Shown: piece after piece, positions 29,338 through 38,938 of the stretch | Numbering within the stretch: position 1 is the stretch's first letter | Layout of the letters: every line of letters starts with the position of its first letter | Origin: Candidatus Scatomonas merdavium | GTDB lineage: Bacteria; Bacillota; Clostridia; Lachnospirales; Lachnospiraceae | Reading direction: 5' to 3' | Length of the DNA: 47,487 bases | NCBI GenBank assembly: GCA_018716575.1 | Contig: DVJR01000045.1 | Span: 1 to 47,487, forward strand | Notes under the pieces: generated by a model | Databases searched by the model: none | What the model saw: only the letters and a program-made list of their open reading frames with translations | Told to the model about the DNA's origin: nothing | Translations under genes and position numbers: made by a program

Positions 29338-30336
29338 ATGCGCTTTATTGACAGAATCAAGCAGAGAGCGAAAAAAGAGAAAAAGACTATCGTTCTGCCG
29401 GAGAGTGAGGACAGACGTACTTTTGTGGCGGCCGAGAAAATCCTGAAGGAGGGAATCGCCGACCTGGTCATCATCGGTGATGAGGAGACGATTCATAAGA
29501 AGAGCAAGGGCCGCGACCTGACCGGAGCAACCCTGATTGACCCGGCTCACTTTGACAGACTGGACGAGTATGTAGATAAATTTACGGAGCTGCGCGCGAA
29601 GAAGGGTATGACGAAGGAAAAGGCGAGGGAGATCCTGCTGACGGATTATCCGTATTTCGGCGTCATGATGGTGAAGATGGGCGATGCGGACGGAATGGTA
29701 TCCGGCGCCTGCCACTCCTCTGCAGACACGCTGCGCCCCTGCCTGCAGATCCTCAAGACCAAACCGGGCACCCGTCTGGTATCCGCATTCTTCGTGGTAT
29801 GCGTTCCGGACTGCGAGCTGGGAGCAGGCGGCAACTTTGTATTTGCGGACGCCGGCCTGAACCAGAACCCGAATCCTGAAGAGCTGGCAGCCATCGCGGA
29901 GTCTTCTGCGGAGTCCTTCGAGCTGCTGCTGGAGACCCGGGCGAAGGTAGCCATGCTGTCCCATTCCACTAAGGGAAGCGCAAAGCATCCGGATGTGGAC
30001 AAGGTAGTGGAAGCCACCAGAATTGCACATGAAGAATATCCTGATCTGTGGCTGGACGGCGAGCTGCAGCTGGATGCGGCTCTGATTCCGGAAGTTGCAG
30101 CCTTTAAGGCGCCGGGCAGTAAGGTGGCCGGCAACGCCAACGTGCTGATCTTCCCGGATCTGGATGCGGGCAATATCGGTTACAAGCTGGTACAGCGCCT
30201 GGCCAAGGCGGACGCATACGGCCCCATCACTCAGGGTATCGCCGCTCCGGTCAACGACCTCTCCAGAGGCTGCTCTGCGGATGATATAGTAGGAGTCGTT
30301 GCAATCACTGCTGTGCAGTGCGCGGCGCAGAAGTAA
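29338..30336 (+). CDS. pta: phosphate acetyltransferase
   Basis: IVLPESED, GMVSGA, DGELQLDAA, FPDLDAGNIGYK, NDLSRGC; AAGGAG RBS. Confidence 0.97.
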   Translation: MRFIDRIKQRAKKEKKTIVLPESEDRRTFVAAEKILKEGIADLVIIGDEETIHKKSKGRDLTGATLIDPAHFDRLDEYVDKFTELRAKKGMTKEKAREILLTDYPYFGVMMVKMGDADGMVSGACHSSADTLRPCLQILKTKPGTRLVSAFFVVCVPDCELGAGGNFVFADAGLNQNPNPEELAAIAESSAESFELLLETRAKVAMLSHSTKGSAKHPDVDKVVEATRIAHEEYPDLWLDGELQLDAALIPEVAAFKAPGSKVAGNANVLIFPDLDAGNIGYKLVQRLAKADAYGPITQGIAAPVNDLSRGCSADDIVGVVAITAVQCAAQK

Positions 30337-30370
30337 CAGGAATGCAGGTTGAGAACGGGAGGAAGTTCAA

Positions 30371-31564
30371 ATGAAAGTATTGGTAATTAACTGTGGAAGT
30401 TCATCACTAAAATATCAGCTGATCGATTCAGAGTCTGAAGAAGTGCTGGCCAAGGGCCTCTGCGAGAGAATCGGCATCGACGGCCGCCTGGTTTATCAGA
30501 AGGAAGGCTGTGAGAAAGAGATTACAAACGCGCCCATGCCGACCCACAAGGAAGGGATCCAGATGGTACTGGACGCTCTGGTAAATGACAAAACAGGCGC
30601 CATTAAGGATCTGTCGGAGATCAACGCCATCGGCCACCGGGTTGTGCACGGCGGAGAGAAGTTCTCCGGCTCCGTCATCGTGAATGACGATATGATTCAG
30701 GCTCTTGAGGAATGTACAGATCTGGCTCCCCTGCACAATCCGGCCAACCTGATCGGTATTCGTGTATGCCAGGAACTGATGCCGGGCGTGCCCATGGTGG
30801 GCGTATTCGATACGGCGTTCCATCAGACCATGCCGCCCAAGGCTTATCTGTACGGCCTGCCCTATGAGTATTATGAGAAGTACGGCGTAAGAAGATACGG
30901 CTTTCACGGAACCTCCCACAGCTATGTGTCCAAAGAGCTGGCTCGTTTCCTGGGGCTGGACATCAACAATTGCAAGCTGATTGTCTGCCATCTGGGCAAC
31001 GGAGCTTCTGTGAGCGCAGTTATGAATGGAAAATGCGTGGACACCAGTATGGGAATGACACCGCTGGAGGGCCTGGTTATGGGAACCCGTTCCGGAGATA
31101 TTGATCCGGCCATCATCGAATTCATTTCCAAGAAGGAAAACCTGGATCTGGAAGGCGTGATGGAGGTTCTGAATAAGAAATCCGGCGTATATGGTCTGTC
31201 TAAAGGCCTGTCCAGCGACTTCCGCGATCTGGGTGACGCGGCGGAGAACGGCAACAAATACGCTGCCGAAGCGCTGGAAGTATTCAGCTACCATGTGCTC
31301 AAGACCATCGGCGCCTATGCGGCAGCCATGAACGGGGTGGACGCCATTGCCTTTACCGCCGGCATCGGGGAGAATGATCCGCTGGTGCGTGAGATGGTTG
31401 TAAAGAACCTGGGTTATCTGGGAGTTACACTGGATGAAGAGAAGAATAAGGTGCGCGGAAAGGATACGAAGATTTCCACAGAAGACTCCAAGGTGGCGGT
31501 GTGCGTGATCCCCACCAATGAGGAGCTGGCGATCTGCCGCGAAACTGTAGCTCTGCTGAAATAA
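30371..31564 (+). CDS. ackA: acetate kinase
   Basis: VINCGSSSLK, GHRVVHGG, APLHNP, RRYGFHGTSH, FTAGIGEN, PTNEE. Confidence 0.98.
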   Translation: MKVLVINCGSSSLKYQLIDSESEEVLAKGLCERIGIDGRLVYQKEGCEKEITNAPMPTHKEGIQMVLDALVNDKTGAIKDLSEINAIGHRVVHGGEKFSGSVIVNDDMIQALEECTDLAPLHNPANLIGIRVCQELMPGVPMVGVFDTAFHQTMPPKAYLYGLPYEYYEKYGVRRYGFHGTSHSYVSKELARFLGLDINNCKLIVCHLGNGASVSAVMNGKCVDTSMGMTPLEGLVMGTRSGDIDPAIIEFISKKENLDLEGVMEVLNKKSGVYGLSKGLSSDFRDLGDAAENGNKYAAEALEVFSYHVLKTIGAYAAAMNGVDAIAFTAGIGENDPLVREMVVKNLGYLGVTLDEEKNKVRGKDTKISTEDSKVAVCVIPTNEELAICRETVALLK

Positions 31565-31568
31565 TGTC

Positions 31569-31597
31569 TTGACAAAAGACATCTCCGTATGTATACT
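31569..31597 (+). promoter_or_regulatory. sigma-A promoter of yceD-rpmF
   Basis: TTGACA, 17 bp spacer, TATACT. Confidence 0.8.
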
Positions 31598-31624
31598 ATA
31601 TAAAGTGTGATTTAGGAGACGAGT

Positions 31625-32152
31625 ATGTTGCTGGATCTGTCGAAACTGCTGCTGGAGGATGGGAAGACCCTGGAGACCAGCACAGAACTGGAAATGCAGA
31701 AGCTTTCTTTCCGGATGGGAGTCTTTCCTGTGATTCGGAAGAGTCCGGTATCTCTGATGGTTGTCAATACAGGTAACCGCAGGCTGGAGATTACGGGCGA
31801 TGTGGAGCTGACCTTTCAGATTCCCTGCGCCAGATGTCTGACGCCGGTGGAGTATGCCATACCGCTGCATATTGAGCGGACGGTGGATATGAAGCTGACA
31901 GAAGAGGAGCGGGAGAAGAGTGAGGAAGAATCCAATTTTATGGAAGGCGAACAGCTGAATCCGGAGGCACTGGTGCGCAACGAACTCCTGGTCAACTGGC
32001 CGATACGGGTGCTGTGTAAAGAGGACTGTAAAGGAATCTGCAGCCGTTGTGGTGCGAATCTGAATCAGGGAAGCTGCAATTGCGACTCTGAACCGTCCGA
32101 CCCGCGAATGGCTGTTATCAGAGATATATTCAGCAAAGCTAAGGAGGTGTAA
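31625..32152 (+). CDS. YceD/DUF177 family protein
   Basis: CARCL, LCKEDCKGICSRCG, DPRM; upstream of rpmF. Confidence 0.92.
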   Translation: MLLDLSKLLLEDGKTLETSTELEMQKLSFRMGVFPVIRKSPVSLMVVNTGNRRLEITGDVELTFQIPCARCLTPVEYAIPLHIERTVDMKLTEEEREKSEEESNFMEGEQLNPEALVRNELLVNWPIRVLCKEDCKGICSRCGANLNQGSCNCDSEPSDPRMAVIRDIFSKAKEV

Positions 32153-32154
32153 AA

Positions 32155-32337
32155 ATGTCCATCTGTCCCAAGAATAAATCGTCCAAGGCAAGAAGAGATA
32201 AGAGAAGAGCAAACTGGAAAATGGCTGCTCCCAATCTGGTGAAATGCAGCAAGTGCGGCGCACTGGTAATGACGCACAGAGTATGCAAGGCCTGCGGTAC
32301 TTACAATAAGAAACAGGTCATTGCTGTGGATGAATAA
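32155..32337 (+). CDS. rpmF: 50S ribosomal protein L32 (Zn-ribbon form)
   Basis: CPKNKSSKARRDKRR, CSKCG..HRVCKACGTY. Confidence 0.97.
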   Translation: MSICPKNKSSKARRDKRRANWKMAAPNLVKCSKCGALVMTHRVCKACGTYNKKQVIAVDE

Positions 32338-32352
32338 AATGAAAATTATGAG

Positions 32353-32386
32353 GAGGCTGTCACTGAGAGGAGTGGCAGCCTCTTTT
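32353..32386 (+). terminator. intrinsic terminator after rpmF
   Basis: gaggctgtcact/agtggcagcctc stem plus tttt. Confidence 0.8.
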
Positions 32387-32423
32387 CGTCACAGAAGATG
32401 GCGCGTGAGGCTGCTCTCTGAAT

Positions 32424-32453
32424 TTGACAAGAGGTTTCTACTCATGGTATAAT
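32424..32453 (+). promoter_or_regulatory. sigma-A promoter
   Basis: TTGACA, 18 bp spacer, TATAAT with extended TG. Confidence 0.8.
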
Positions 32454-32515
32454 ACTCACGATTATGCAATCAAATTGAAAAAGAATTGTAATAAACAGAT
32501 AAAAGGGGTAAGTAT

Positions 32516-33250
32516 ATGAAGATAAGGAAAGCAGGCGCGTTGCTGGCAATCTGCCTGGGCAGCGCGATGATATTTTCGGGCTGTTCTCTCCAGGATTTTT
32601 TTAACCAGGTAATGGGTATTGTAGATGAATCATCAGAGAATGCGGAGAGCACCAGCACGATTCAGCAGGAAGAAGTAGAAGTGAAGAATATCGATTCTTC
32701 TCTGGAACAGCCAGTATTTGCTGCGGACCTGACTGGAAGCACGCAGGTTGCCGCTGGGTCGGAGTATGAGCTGACAGCTGAAGCTACGGTTTCAGACGGA
32801 GGCACAGTCACTTATCAGTGGTACATAAACAGCACTAATTCCAACGGCGGCGGAACCCCCGTTGAAGGAGCCGTGACCGCTTCCTGCCAGGTGGATACTT
32901 CTGAGGCGGGAACCTCCTATTACTATGTGGTGGCTATTAATAATCACGGCGATAATATCTGTATGGTGACCAGCGGTGTCCGAGAGGTTCGCGTATGGGC
33001 TCAGGGCACCTGGCAGCAGGACGAGACAGGCGGCTGGCGCTATGTGATGGAAGACGGCACATATCCGTCGAATACATGGATGGAGATAGACGGCAATACA
33101 TACCATATGGATGAGAATGGATACCGTTCCACAGGCTGGTATCAGGAAGGTGACAACGCCTATTATCTCAATGAGAACGGAGAACTGCAGCGGAATACCA
33201 CCACGCCGGATGGATATACCGTAGATGAGAATGGCGTCAGGGTTTCCTGA
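32516..33250 (+). CDS. lipoprotein with an Ig-like domain and choline/cell-wall-binding-type repeats
   Basis: signal peptide with lipobox FSGC; TVTYQWY..YYYVVAIN; W/Y repeats GWRYV, NTWMEIDGNTYHM, TGWYQ..YYL, TTPDGYTVDENG. Confidence 0.75.
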   Translation: MKIRKAGALLAICLGSAMIFSGCSLQDFFNQVMGIVDESSENAESTSTIQQEEVEVKNIDSSLEQPVFAADLTGSTQVAAGSEYELTAEATVSDGGTVTYQWYINSTNSNGGGTPVEGAVTASCQVDTSEAGTSYYYVVAINNHGDNICMVTSGVREVRVWAQGTWQQDETGGWRYVMEDGTYPSNTWMEIDGNTYHMDENGYRSTGWYQEGDNAYYLNENGELQRNTTTPDGYTVDENGVRVS

Positions 33251-33335
33251 TCGCATAAAGGAAGAATACGAAAAGGTACAGGGGCTGCCCGGAAAGGACG
33301 GGCGGCCCGATTTCAGGTAAAGGCAGGTTAGGGAA

Positions 33336-34364
33336 ATGGGAGATCTGGTAAAAGTAGTGGTAGACGCTATGGGCGGAGATTTTGCACCGGAGGAACCGGT
33401 GAAGGGCGCCGTGGATGCCGTCAGAGAGAATGCGGAGATTTACGTCTGCCTGGTGGGTAAAGAAGAACTGATTCGCCGGGAACTGGAGAAATATACGTAT
33501 CCGAAGGAGCGTGTGGAGATTGTTCCGGCTTCGGAAGTGATAGAGACGGGTGAACCGCCGGTGAAAGCGATTCAGGCCAAGAAGGATTCTTCCCTGGTGG
33601 TGGGGCTTACCATGGTCCGGAAGGGCCAGGCTGACGCCATCGTTTCGTCCGGGAGCACGGGCGCTGTGCTGGTGGGCGGACAGGCCATCGTACGGAAGAT
33701 AAAGGGAGTGGAGCGCGCGCCGCTGGCTCCTCTGATTCCCACTGAAAGAGGTGTTTCCCTGCTGATTGACTGCGGAGCATCTGTGGATGCCAGGCCATCC
33801 CATCTGAGCCAGTTTGCCGTTATGGGTTCTATCTACATGGAATACGTCATGGGCGTGAAGAATCCCAAGGTAGCCCTTGTGAATATCGGGGCAGAAGAGG
33901 AGAAGGGAAATGAGCTGGTAAAGGGAACGTTCCCGCTTCTGAAGGCCAATAAAAACATCAATTTTATCGGGAATATCGAAGCCAGAGACATACCTGCCGG
34001 AAAAGCAGATGTAATCGTCACAGAAGCCTTTGTGGGAAATGTGATTCTGAAAATGTACGAGGGCGTGGGCGCCGTACTGATCCGAAAAGTGAAGGAAGGG
34101 ATGCTGAACTCACTGCGGAGCAAGATCGGCGCGCTGCTGGTGAAGCCGGCTCTGAAAAAGACGCTGAAGGGTTTCGACGTCAGCGAATACGGAGGCGCTC
34201 CGCTGCTGGGACTGCGGGGTCTGGTGGTGAAGACGCACGGAAGCTCCAGGGCGGTGGAATTCAAAAATTCCATCCTGCAGTGTATCCAGTTTAAAGAGCA
34301 GGATCTGAGCGGAAAGATACAGGAGCATCTGGCGGCGGAAGAAAAAGTCGAGGGGGAGAACTGA
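33336..34364 (+). CDS. plsX: phosphate acyltransferase PlsX
   Basis: VDAMGGDFAP, KKDSSL, LVNIGAEEEKG, GNVILK, YGGAPLLG, KTHGSS. Confidence 0.97.
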   Translation: MGDLVKVVVDAMGGDFAPEEPVKGAVDAVRENAEIYVCLVGKEELIRRELEKYTYPKERVEIVPASEVIETGEPPVKAIQAKKDSSLVVGLTMVRKGQADAIVSSGSTGAVLVGGQAIVRKIKGVERAPLAPLIPTERGVSLLIDCGASVDARPSHLSQFAVMGSIYMEYVMGVKNPKVALVNIGAEEEKGNELVKGTFPLLKANKNINFIGNIEARDIPAGKADVIVTEAFVGNVILKMYEGVGAVLIRKVKEGMLNSLRSKIGALLVKPALKKTLKGFDVSEYGGAPLLGLRGLVVKTHGSSRAVEFKNSILQCIQFKEQDLSGKIQEHLAAEEKVEGEN

Positions 34365-34594
34365 TGGAACTGGAAAAGCTGAAAGCGATCATCGCAGAGG
34401 TACTGAACGTGGATGTGGATGAGATCGTGCCGGAGACCACGTTTGTGGAGGATCTGGGGGCTGATTCCCTGGATGTTTTCCAGATTGTGATGGGGATCGA
34501 AGAAGAATTCGATATTCAGCTTCCCACGGCAGAGGTGGAGAAAATTGTATCCGTGGGCGACGCGGTGGAACAGATTAAACGGACGGTCGGATAA
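34364..34594 (+). CDS. acyl carrier protein (copy 2, plsX-linked)
   Basis: [21 protein letters not shown]; TGATG overlap with plsX. Confidence 0.92.
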   Translation: MELEKLKAIIAEVLNVDVDEIVPETTFVEDLGADSLDVFQIVMGIEEEFDIQLPTAEVEKIVSVGDAVEQIKRTVG

Positions 34595-34665
34595 AGAGCA
34601 GGGGCTGTTCTAAGAGGGTTCTTAGGACAGTCCCGCTTTGTGCGGTTATGGAAAGGGTTTTGAAA

Positions 34666-35358
34666 ATGAAAGAAATAGAAAAATTAAAAGAACTGGAAGC
34701 GAAAACGGGCTACCGTTTCCGGAATTTCGACTGGCTCCATCTGGCCATGCGTCACAGCTCCTATACCAACGAGCACCGGATGAGCCGCCTGGAATGCAAT
34801 GAGAGGCTGGAATTCCTGGGCGACGCGGTGCTGGAGCTGGTGTCCAGCGAATTCCTGTATAAGAATTATCCGGAGCTCTCCGAAGGGGAGCTGACGAAGC
34901 TGCGGGCCAGCCTGGTGTGCGAGCCGACGCTGGCATTCGATTCCCGGGAGCTGGATCTGGGAGAATACCTGCTGTTGGGAAAGGGCGAGGAAGCCACAGG
35001 CGGACGCCAGAGGGATTCCATCATTTCCGATGCCATGGAGGCCACCATCGGAGCGATTTTCATGGATGGCGGCTTCGAGGAGGCCAGAAAATTCATACTG
35101 CGCTACGTGCTGGACGATGTGGAGCACAAGCAGCTGTTTCACGACAGCAAGACGCTGCTCCAGGAGATGGTGCAGAAGGACTCGGAAAAGGAAATCTCTT
35201 ATGAGATTCTGGAAGAGATCGGGCCGGACCATGACAAGAGCTTCCGGGCCCAGGTGAAGGTGGGACAGACGCCTCTGGGCGAGGGGGTCGGACGCACGAA
35301 AAAATCCGCGGAGCAGAAAGCGGCCTATCACGCGATCTGCCAGTTGAAGAACAAGTAG
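34666..35358 (+). CDS. rnc: ribonuclease III
   Basis: NERLEFLGDAVL, EGELTKLRA, dsRBD GPDHDK..KKSAEQKAA. Confidence 0.97.
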   Translation: MKEIEKLKELEAKTGYRFRNFDWLHLAMRHSSYTNEHRMSRLECNERLEFLGDAVLELVSSEFLYKNYPELSEGELTKLRASLVCEPTLAFDSRELDLGEYLLLGKGEEATGGRQRDSIISDAMEATIGAIFMDGGFEEARKFILRYVLDDVEHKQLFHDSKTLLQEMVQKDSEKEISYEILEEIGPDHDKSFRAQVKVGQTPLGEGVGRTKKSAEQKAAYHAICQLKNK

Positions 35359-35365
35359 GTGTTTT

Positions 35366-38300
35366 ATGTATTTAAAAAGCATTGAGATGCAGGGCTTTAA
35401 GTCCTTTGCCAATAAAATCGTGCTGGAGTTCCACGATGGGATCACCGGCATCGTGGGCCCCAACGGAAGCGGCAAGAGCAACGTGGCGGACGCGGTGCGC
35501 TGGGTGCTGGGGGAGCAGAGCGCCAAACAGCTCCGGGGCGGCAACATGCAGGACGTGATCTTTTCGGGAACTGAAACCCGGAAACCCCTGGGCTTTGCGG
35601 CGGTGGCCATTACTCTGGACAATTCGGACCATAAACTGAATATTGATTATGAGGAAGTGACGGTAACGCGGCGCCTTTATCGTTCAGGAGAGAGCGAATA
35701 TCTGCTGAACGGGCGAAGCTGCCGCCTGAGGGATATCAACGAGCTGTTCTATGATACGGGAATCGGACGGGAAGGCTATTCTATCATCGGGCAGGGGCAG
35801 GTGGACCGGATCCTGAACGGGCGCCCGGAGGAGCGGAGAGAACTCTTTGACGAGGCAGCCGGAATCGTGAAATTCAAGAGAAGAAAGGCTGCTACCCTGA
35901 AAAAACTGGATGAAGAGCAGCAGAATCTGGTGCGGGTGACGGATATTCTTTCTGAGCTGACCCGACAGCTGGGACCGCTGGAAAAGCAGGCAGAGAAGGC
36001 CCGCATTTATCTGCAGAAGAAGGAAGAACTGAAGACCCTGGATATCAATCTGTTCCTGCTGGAGGCGGAGCACTCGGAGAAGCAGCGGACGGAGACGGAG
36101 CAGAAAAAGGCCGCGGCGGAGGAAGAGCTTTCGGAAGCCACGGAGGCTTTCGAGCGCACCAAGCAGGAATACGAGGAGATCGAAAAGCATCTGGAGGAGC
36201 TGGAGGAGACCATACAGGCTGCCCGTGAGAAAGCCTCGGGCCAGACGCTGCAGAAGCAGCAGATGGAGGGCCAGGTGAACGTCCTGCAGGAGCAGATCCG
36301 CGCGTCGCAGCAGAACAGCGAGCATTACAGCGGCCGTCTGGAGGATATCCGGAAGGATATGGAGCGCAGACAGGACGCCCGTCTGGAATATGAGAAGGAA
36401 AAGACCCGTCTGGAGCAGGAGCTGTCGGAGGCCGCCGGCCGGAAGGACGGGGCGGAGACAGAGCAGGAGCGGCTGGCAGGGGAGATCGGCGACAGCACGC
36501 GGCAGGCGGAAGAGGGCAGAAGCGAGCTGATCGAGCTTCTGAACAGGAGATCGTCTATCAAGGGGCGCCTGCAGCGGTATGATACTATGCTGGAGCAGAC
36601 CGGAATCCGTAAGGCAGAGCTTGCGCAGAAGCTGATTCATCTGAAGAGTGACGAAGTCCGGCAGACGGCGGAACTCACCCGGCTGCAGGAGGAGTACGAC
36701 GCCGTCAGCGCCAGGGTAAAAGAAAAACAGAGCCAGATCGAGGGAATTCAGAAGAAAACCGCCGGGCTTCAGAGAAAAATAGAGGAAGAAAACCGGCAGA
36801 TGGAGATCGGCCAGACAGCCTTCCACCGGGAGGAATCCCGGCTTGAGTCCCTGCGGAATATTACGGAGCGGTATGAGGGATACGGAAACAGCATCAAGAA
36901 GGTCATGGAGCAGAAGGAGAGCAATCCCGGCATCCACGGCGTGGTGGCCGACCTGATCAAGACCGACAAGAAATACGAAACGGCCATTGAAACGGCTCTG
37001 GGCGGAAGCCTTCAGAATATCGTCACGGACAATGAGAATACGGCCAAATATCTGATTGAATACCTGAAGCGGGGAAGGTTCGGCCGGGCTACCTTCCTGC
37101 CGCTGACCAGCATGAGCCGGGAACAGGGAGCGGGAAATAAGGACGCCCTCGGGGAAGAGGGCGTAATCGGCTCCGCCGGGGATCTGGTGCAGTGCGAGAA
37201 AATATACAGGGGAATGGTATCCCGCCTGCTGGGGCGCACTCTGGTGGTGGATACCATCGACCACGCCATACGGATCGGGAGAAAGTACCGCCAGAGCCTG
37301 CGGATGGTGACGCTGGAGGGCGAGCTTTTAAGCCCCGGCGGTTCCATGACAGGCGGTTCCTTCCGCAACAACAGCAACCTGCTGGGCAGGCGGCGGGAGA
37401 TCGCGGAGCTGGAGGCCAGCGTCCGGGCGCTGCAGAAGGATATGGCGGCCATGCAGGCGTCCATCGCCGCGGACCGGGAGGAGCGGAACAGCCTCCGGGA
37501 CAAGCAGAACGCGCTGTCGGAGGAGCTGCAGAAGCTGTACCTGCAGCAGAATACGGCGAAGATGAACCTGGAGACGGCCGGAGAGAAGGCCGGTACGCTC
37601 CGTCAGGATTATCAGAGCCTGCAGGCAGAGGGCCTGGAAATTGAAAACCAGATCGGCGAGATCGGCCGCAGCCGGAAGGAGATCGAGCAGGAAATGGAGG
37701 CGTCTAAACGGCGGGAGAGCGAGCTGGAGCAGCAGGTATCGGATGCCGCCGGGCGGCTGGAGGTTCTGCGGGAGCAGGAGCAGAAGGCCTCCCAGGAGAT
37801 GCAGGAAGCGCGGCTCGCCTATTCCAATATCCGGCAGAAATGCGATTTTCTGGAAGAAAACATGCACAGCGCGGACGAAGAGCTTCTGCGCCTCCGGAAG
37901 GAGCGGGAAGCGGCGGAAGCCGGCCTCCGGGCAGAGGGAGAGGACGCGGCCCGGAAGCAGCATGATATTGAAGAGATACGAAAGACCATCGAGGCGGCGG
38001 AGAGCGCCATCGGGGAAAGCGAGCGGCAGGTCAGCAGCTATCTGGAGCAGAAAGAGGCTATGAGTAAAAGCCATAAAGCGTTTTTCCAGAAGCGGGATGA
38101 GCTCTCCGAGCACCGGAACCGGCTGGATAAGGAATGCTTCCGGCTGGGCGCCCAGTTGGAGAAGCTGGAGGAGGCCCGGGAAGCCGCCGTATCCTATCTC
38201 TGGGATGAGTACCGGATCACGCCGGATCAGACGGAACAGTACGCCATGGAGGAACGGCCGGAAAGAGCCGGGCTGAAAAAGCAGATCGCAGGGCTGAAGG

Positions 38301-38926
38301 GGGAAATCAAGGGCCTTGGCGATGTGAACGTCAACGCCATAGAGGACTTCCGGGAGCTTCAGGAGCGCCACGGCTTTCTGTCATCCCAGCACGCCGATCT
38401 GGTGAAAGCGGCGGAGACGCTGCAGGGAATCATTGACGAGCTGGATCAGGGCATGCGCCGGCAGTTTACCGAGAAGTTCGAGGAAATCCGCGTGGAATTC
38501 GACAAGGCCTTCAAGCAGCTCTTCGGAGGCGGCCGGGGCACGCTGGAGCTGGCGGAGGACGAGGATGTGCTGGAGGCGGGCATACGGATCATCTCCCAGC
38601 CGCCGGGCAAGAAGCTGCAGAATATGATGCAGCTCTCCGGCGGGGAGAAGGCCCTGACGGCCATCGCGCTGCTGTTCGCCATCCAGAATCTGAAGCCGTC
38701 GCCCTTCTGTCTGCTGGACGAGATCGAGGCGGCCCTGGACGATTCCAACGTGGGGCGCTTTGCCCGGTATCTGCACAAGTTGACAAAGAATACGCAATTT
38801 ATTATTATTACACATAGAAGAGGGACCATGACGGCCGCGGACCGCCTGTACGGAATCACCATGCAGGAAAAGGGAGTTTCCACGCTGGTATCGGTCAATC
38901 TGATCGAAGGAGAACTGGACAAATAG
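35366..38926 (+). CDS. smc: chromosome segregation protein SMC
   Basis: GFKSF, GPNGSGKSN, hinge GRATFLPL, LSGGEK, LDEIEAALD. Confidence 0.98.
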   Translation: MYLKSIEMQGFKSFANKIVLEFHDGITGIVGPNGSGKSNVADAVRWVLGEQSAKQLRGGNMQDVIFSGTETRKPLGFAAVAITLDNSDHKLNIDYEEVTVTRRLYRSGESEYLLNGRSCRLRDINELFYDTGIGREGYSIIGQGQVDRILNGRPEERRELFDEAAGIVKFKRRKAATLKKLDEEQQNLVRVTDILSELTRQLGPLEKQAEKARIYLQKKEELKTLDINLFLLEAEHSEKQRTETEQKKAAAEEELSEATEAFERTKQEYEEIEKHLEELEETIQAAREKASGQTLQKQQMEGQVNVLQEQIRASQQNSEHYSGRLEDIRKDMERRQDARLEYEKEKTRLEQELSEAAGRKDGAETEQERLAGEIGDSTRQAEEGRSELIELLNRRSSIKGRLQRYDTMLEQTGIRKAELAQKLIHLKSDEVRQTAELTRLQEEYDAVSARVKEKQSQIEGIQKKTAGLQRKIEEENRQMEIGQTAFHREESRLESLRNITERYEGYGNSIKKVMEQKESNPGIHGVVADLIKTDKKYETAIETALGGSLQNIVTDNENTAKYLIEYLKRGRFGRATFLPLTSMSREQGAGNKDALGEEGVIGSAGDLVQCEKIYRGMVSRLLGRTLVVDTIDHAIRIGRKYRQSLRMVTLEGELLSPGGSMTGGSFRNNSNLLGRRREIAELEASVRALQKDMAAMQASIAADREERNSLRDKQNALSEELQKLYLQQNTAKMNLETAGEKAGTLRQDYQSLQAEGLEIENQIGEIGRSRKEIEQEMEASKRRESELEQQVSDAAGRLEVLREQEQKASQEMQEARLAYSNIRQKCDFLEENMHSADEELLRLRKEREAAEAGLRAEGEDAARKQHDIEEIRKTIEAAESAIGESERQVSSYLEQKEAMSKSHKAFFQKRDELSEHRNRLDKECFRLGAQLEKLEEAREAAVSYLWDEYRITPDQTEQYAMEERPERAGLKKQIAGLKGEIKGLGDVNVNAIEDFRELQERHGFLSSQHADLVKAAETLQGIIDELDQGMRRQFTEKFEEIRVEFDKAFKQLFGGGRGTLELAEDEDVLEAGIRIISQPPGKKLQNMMQLSGGEKALTAIALLFAIQNLKPSPFCLLDEIEAALDDSNVGRFARYLHKLTKNTQFIIITHRRGTMTAADRLYGITMQEKGVSTLVSVNLIEGELDK

Positions 38927-38938
38927 GAGGTGAACAGT

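Noticed and set aside
30428-32263. 611-aa minus-strand ORF and similar long antisense ORFs (4622-5908, 13342-14571, 15633-16934, 24224-25528, 35684-37264, 44996-46141)
   Set aside because: Shadow frames of well-conserved sense genes in GC-rich coding DNA; no recognisable motifs
35900-38400. Repetitive GAG/CAG-rich sequence
   Set aside because: Explained by SMC coiled-coil codons
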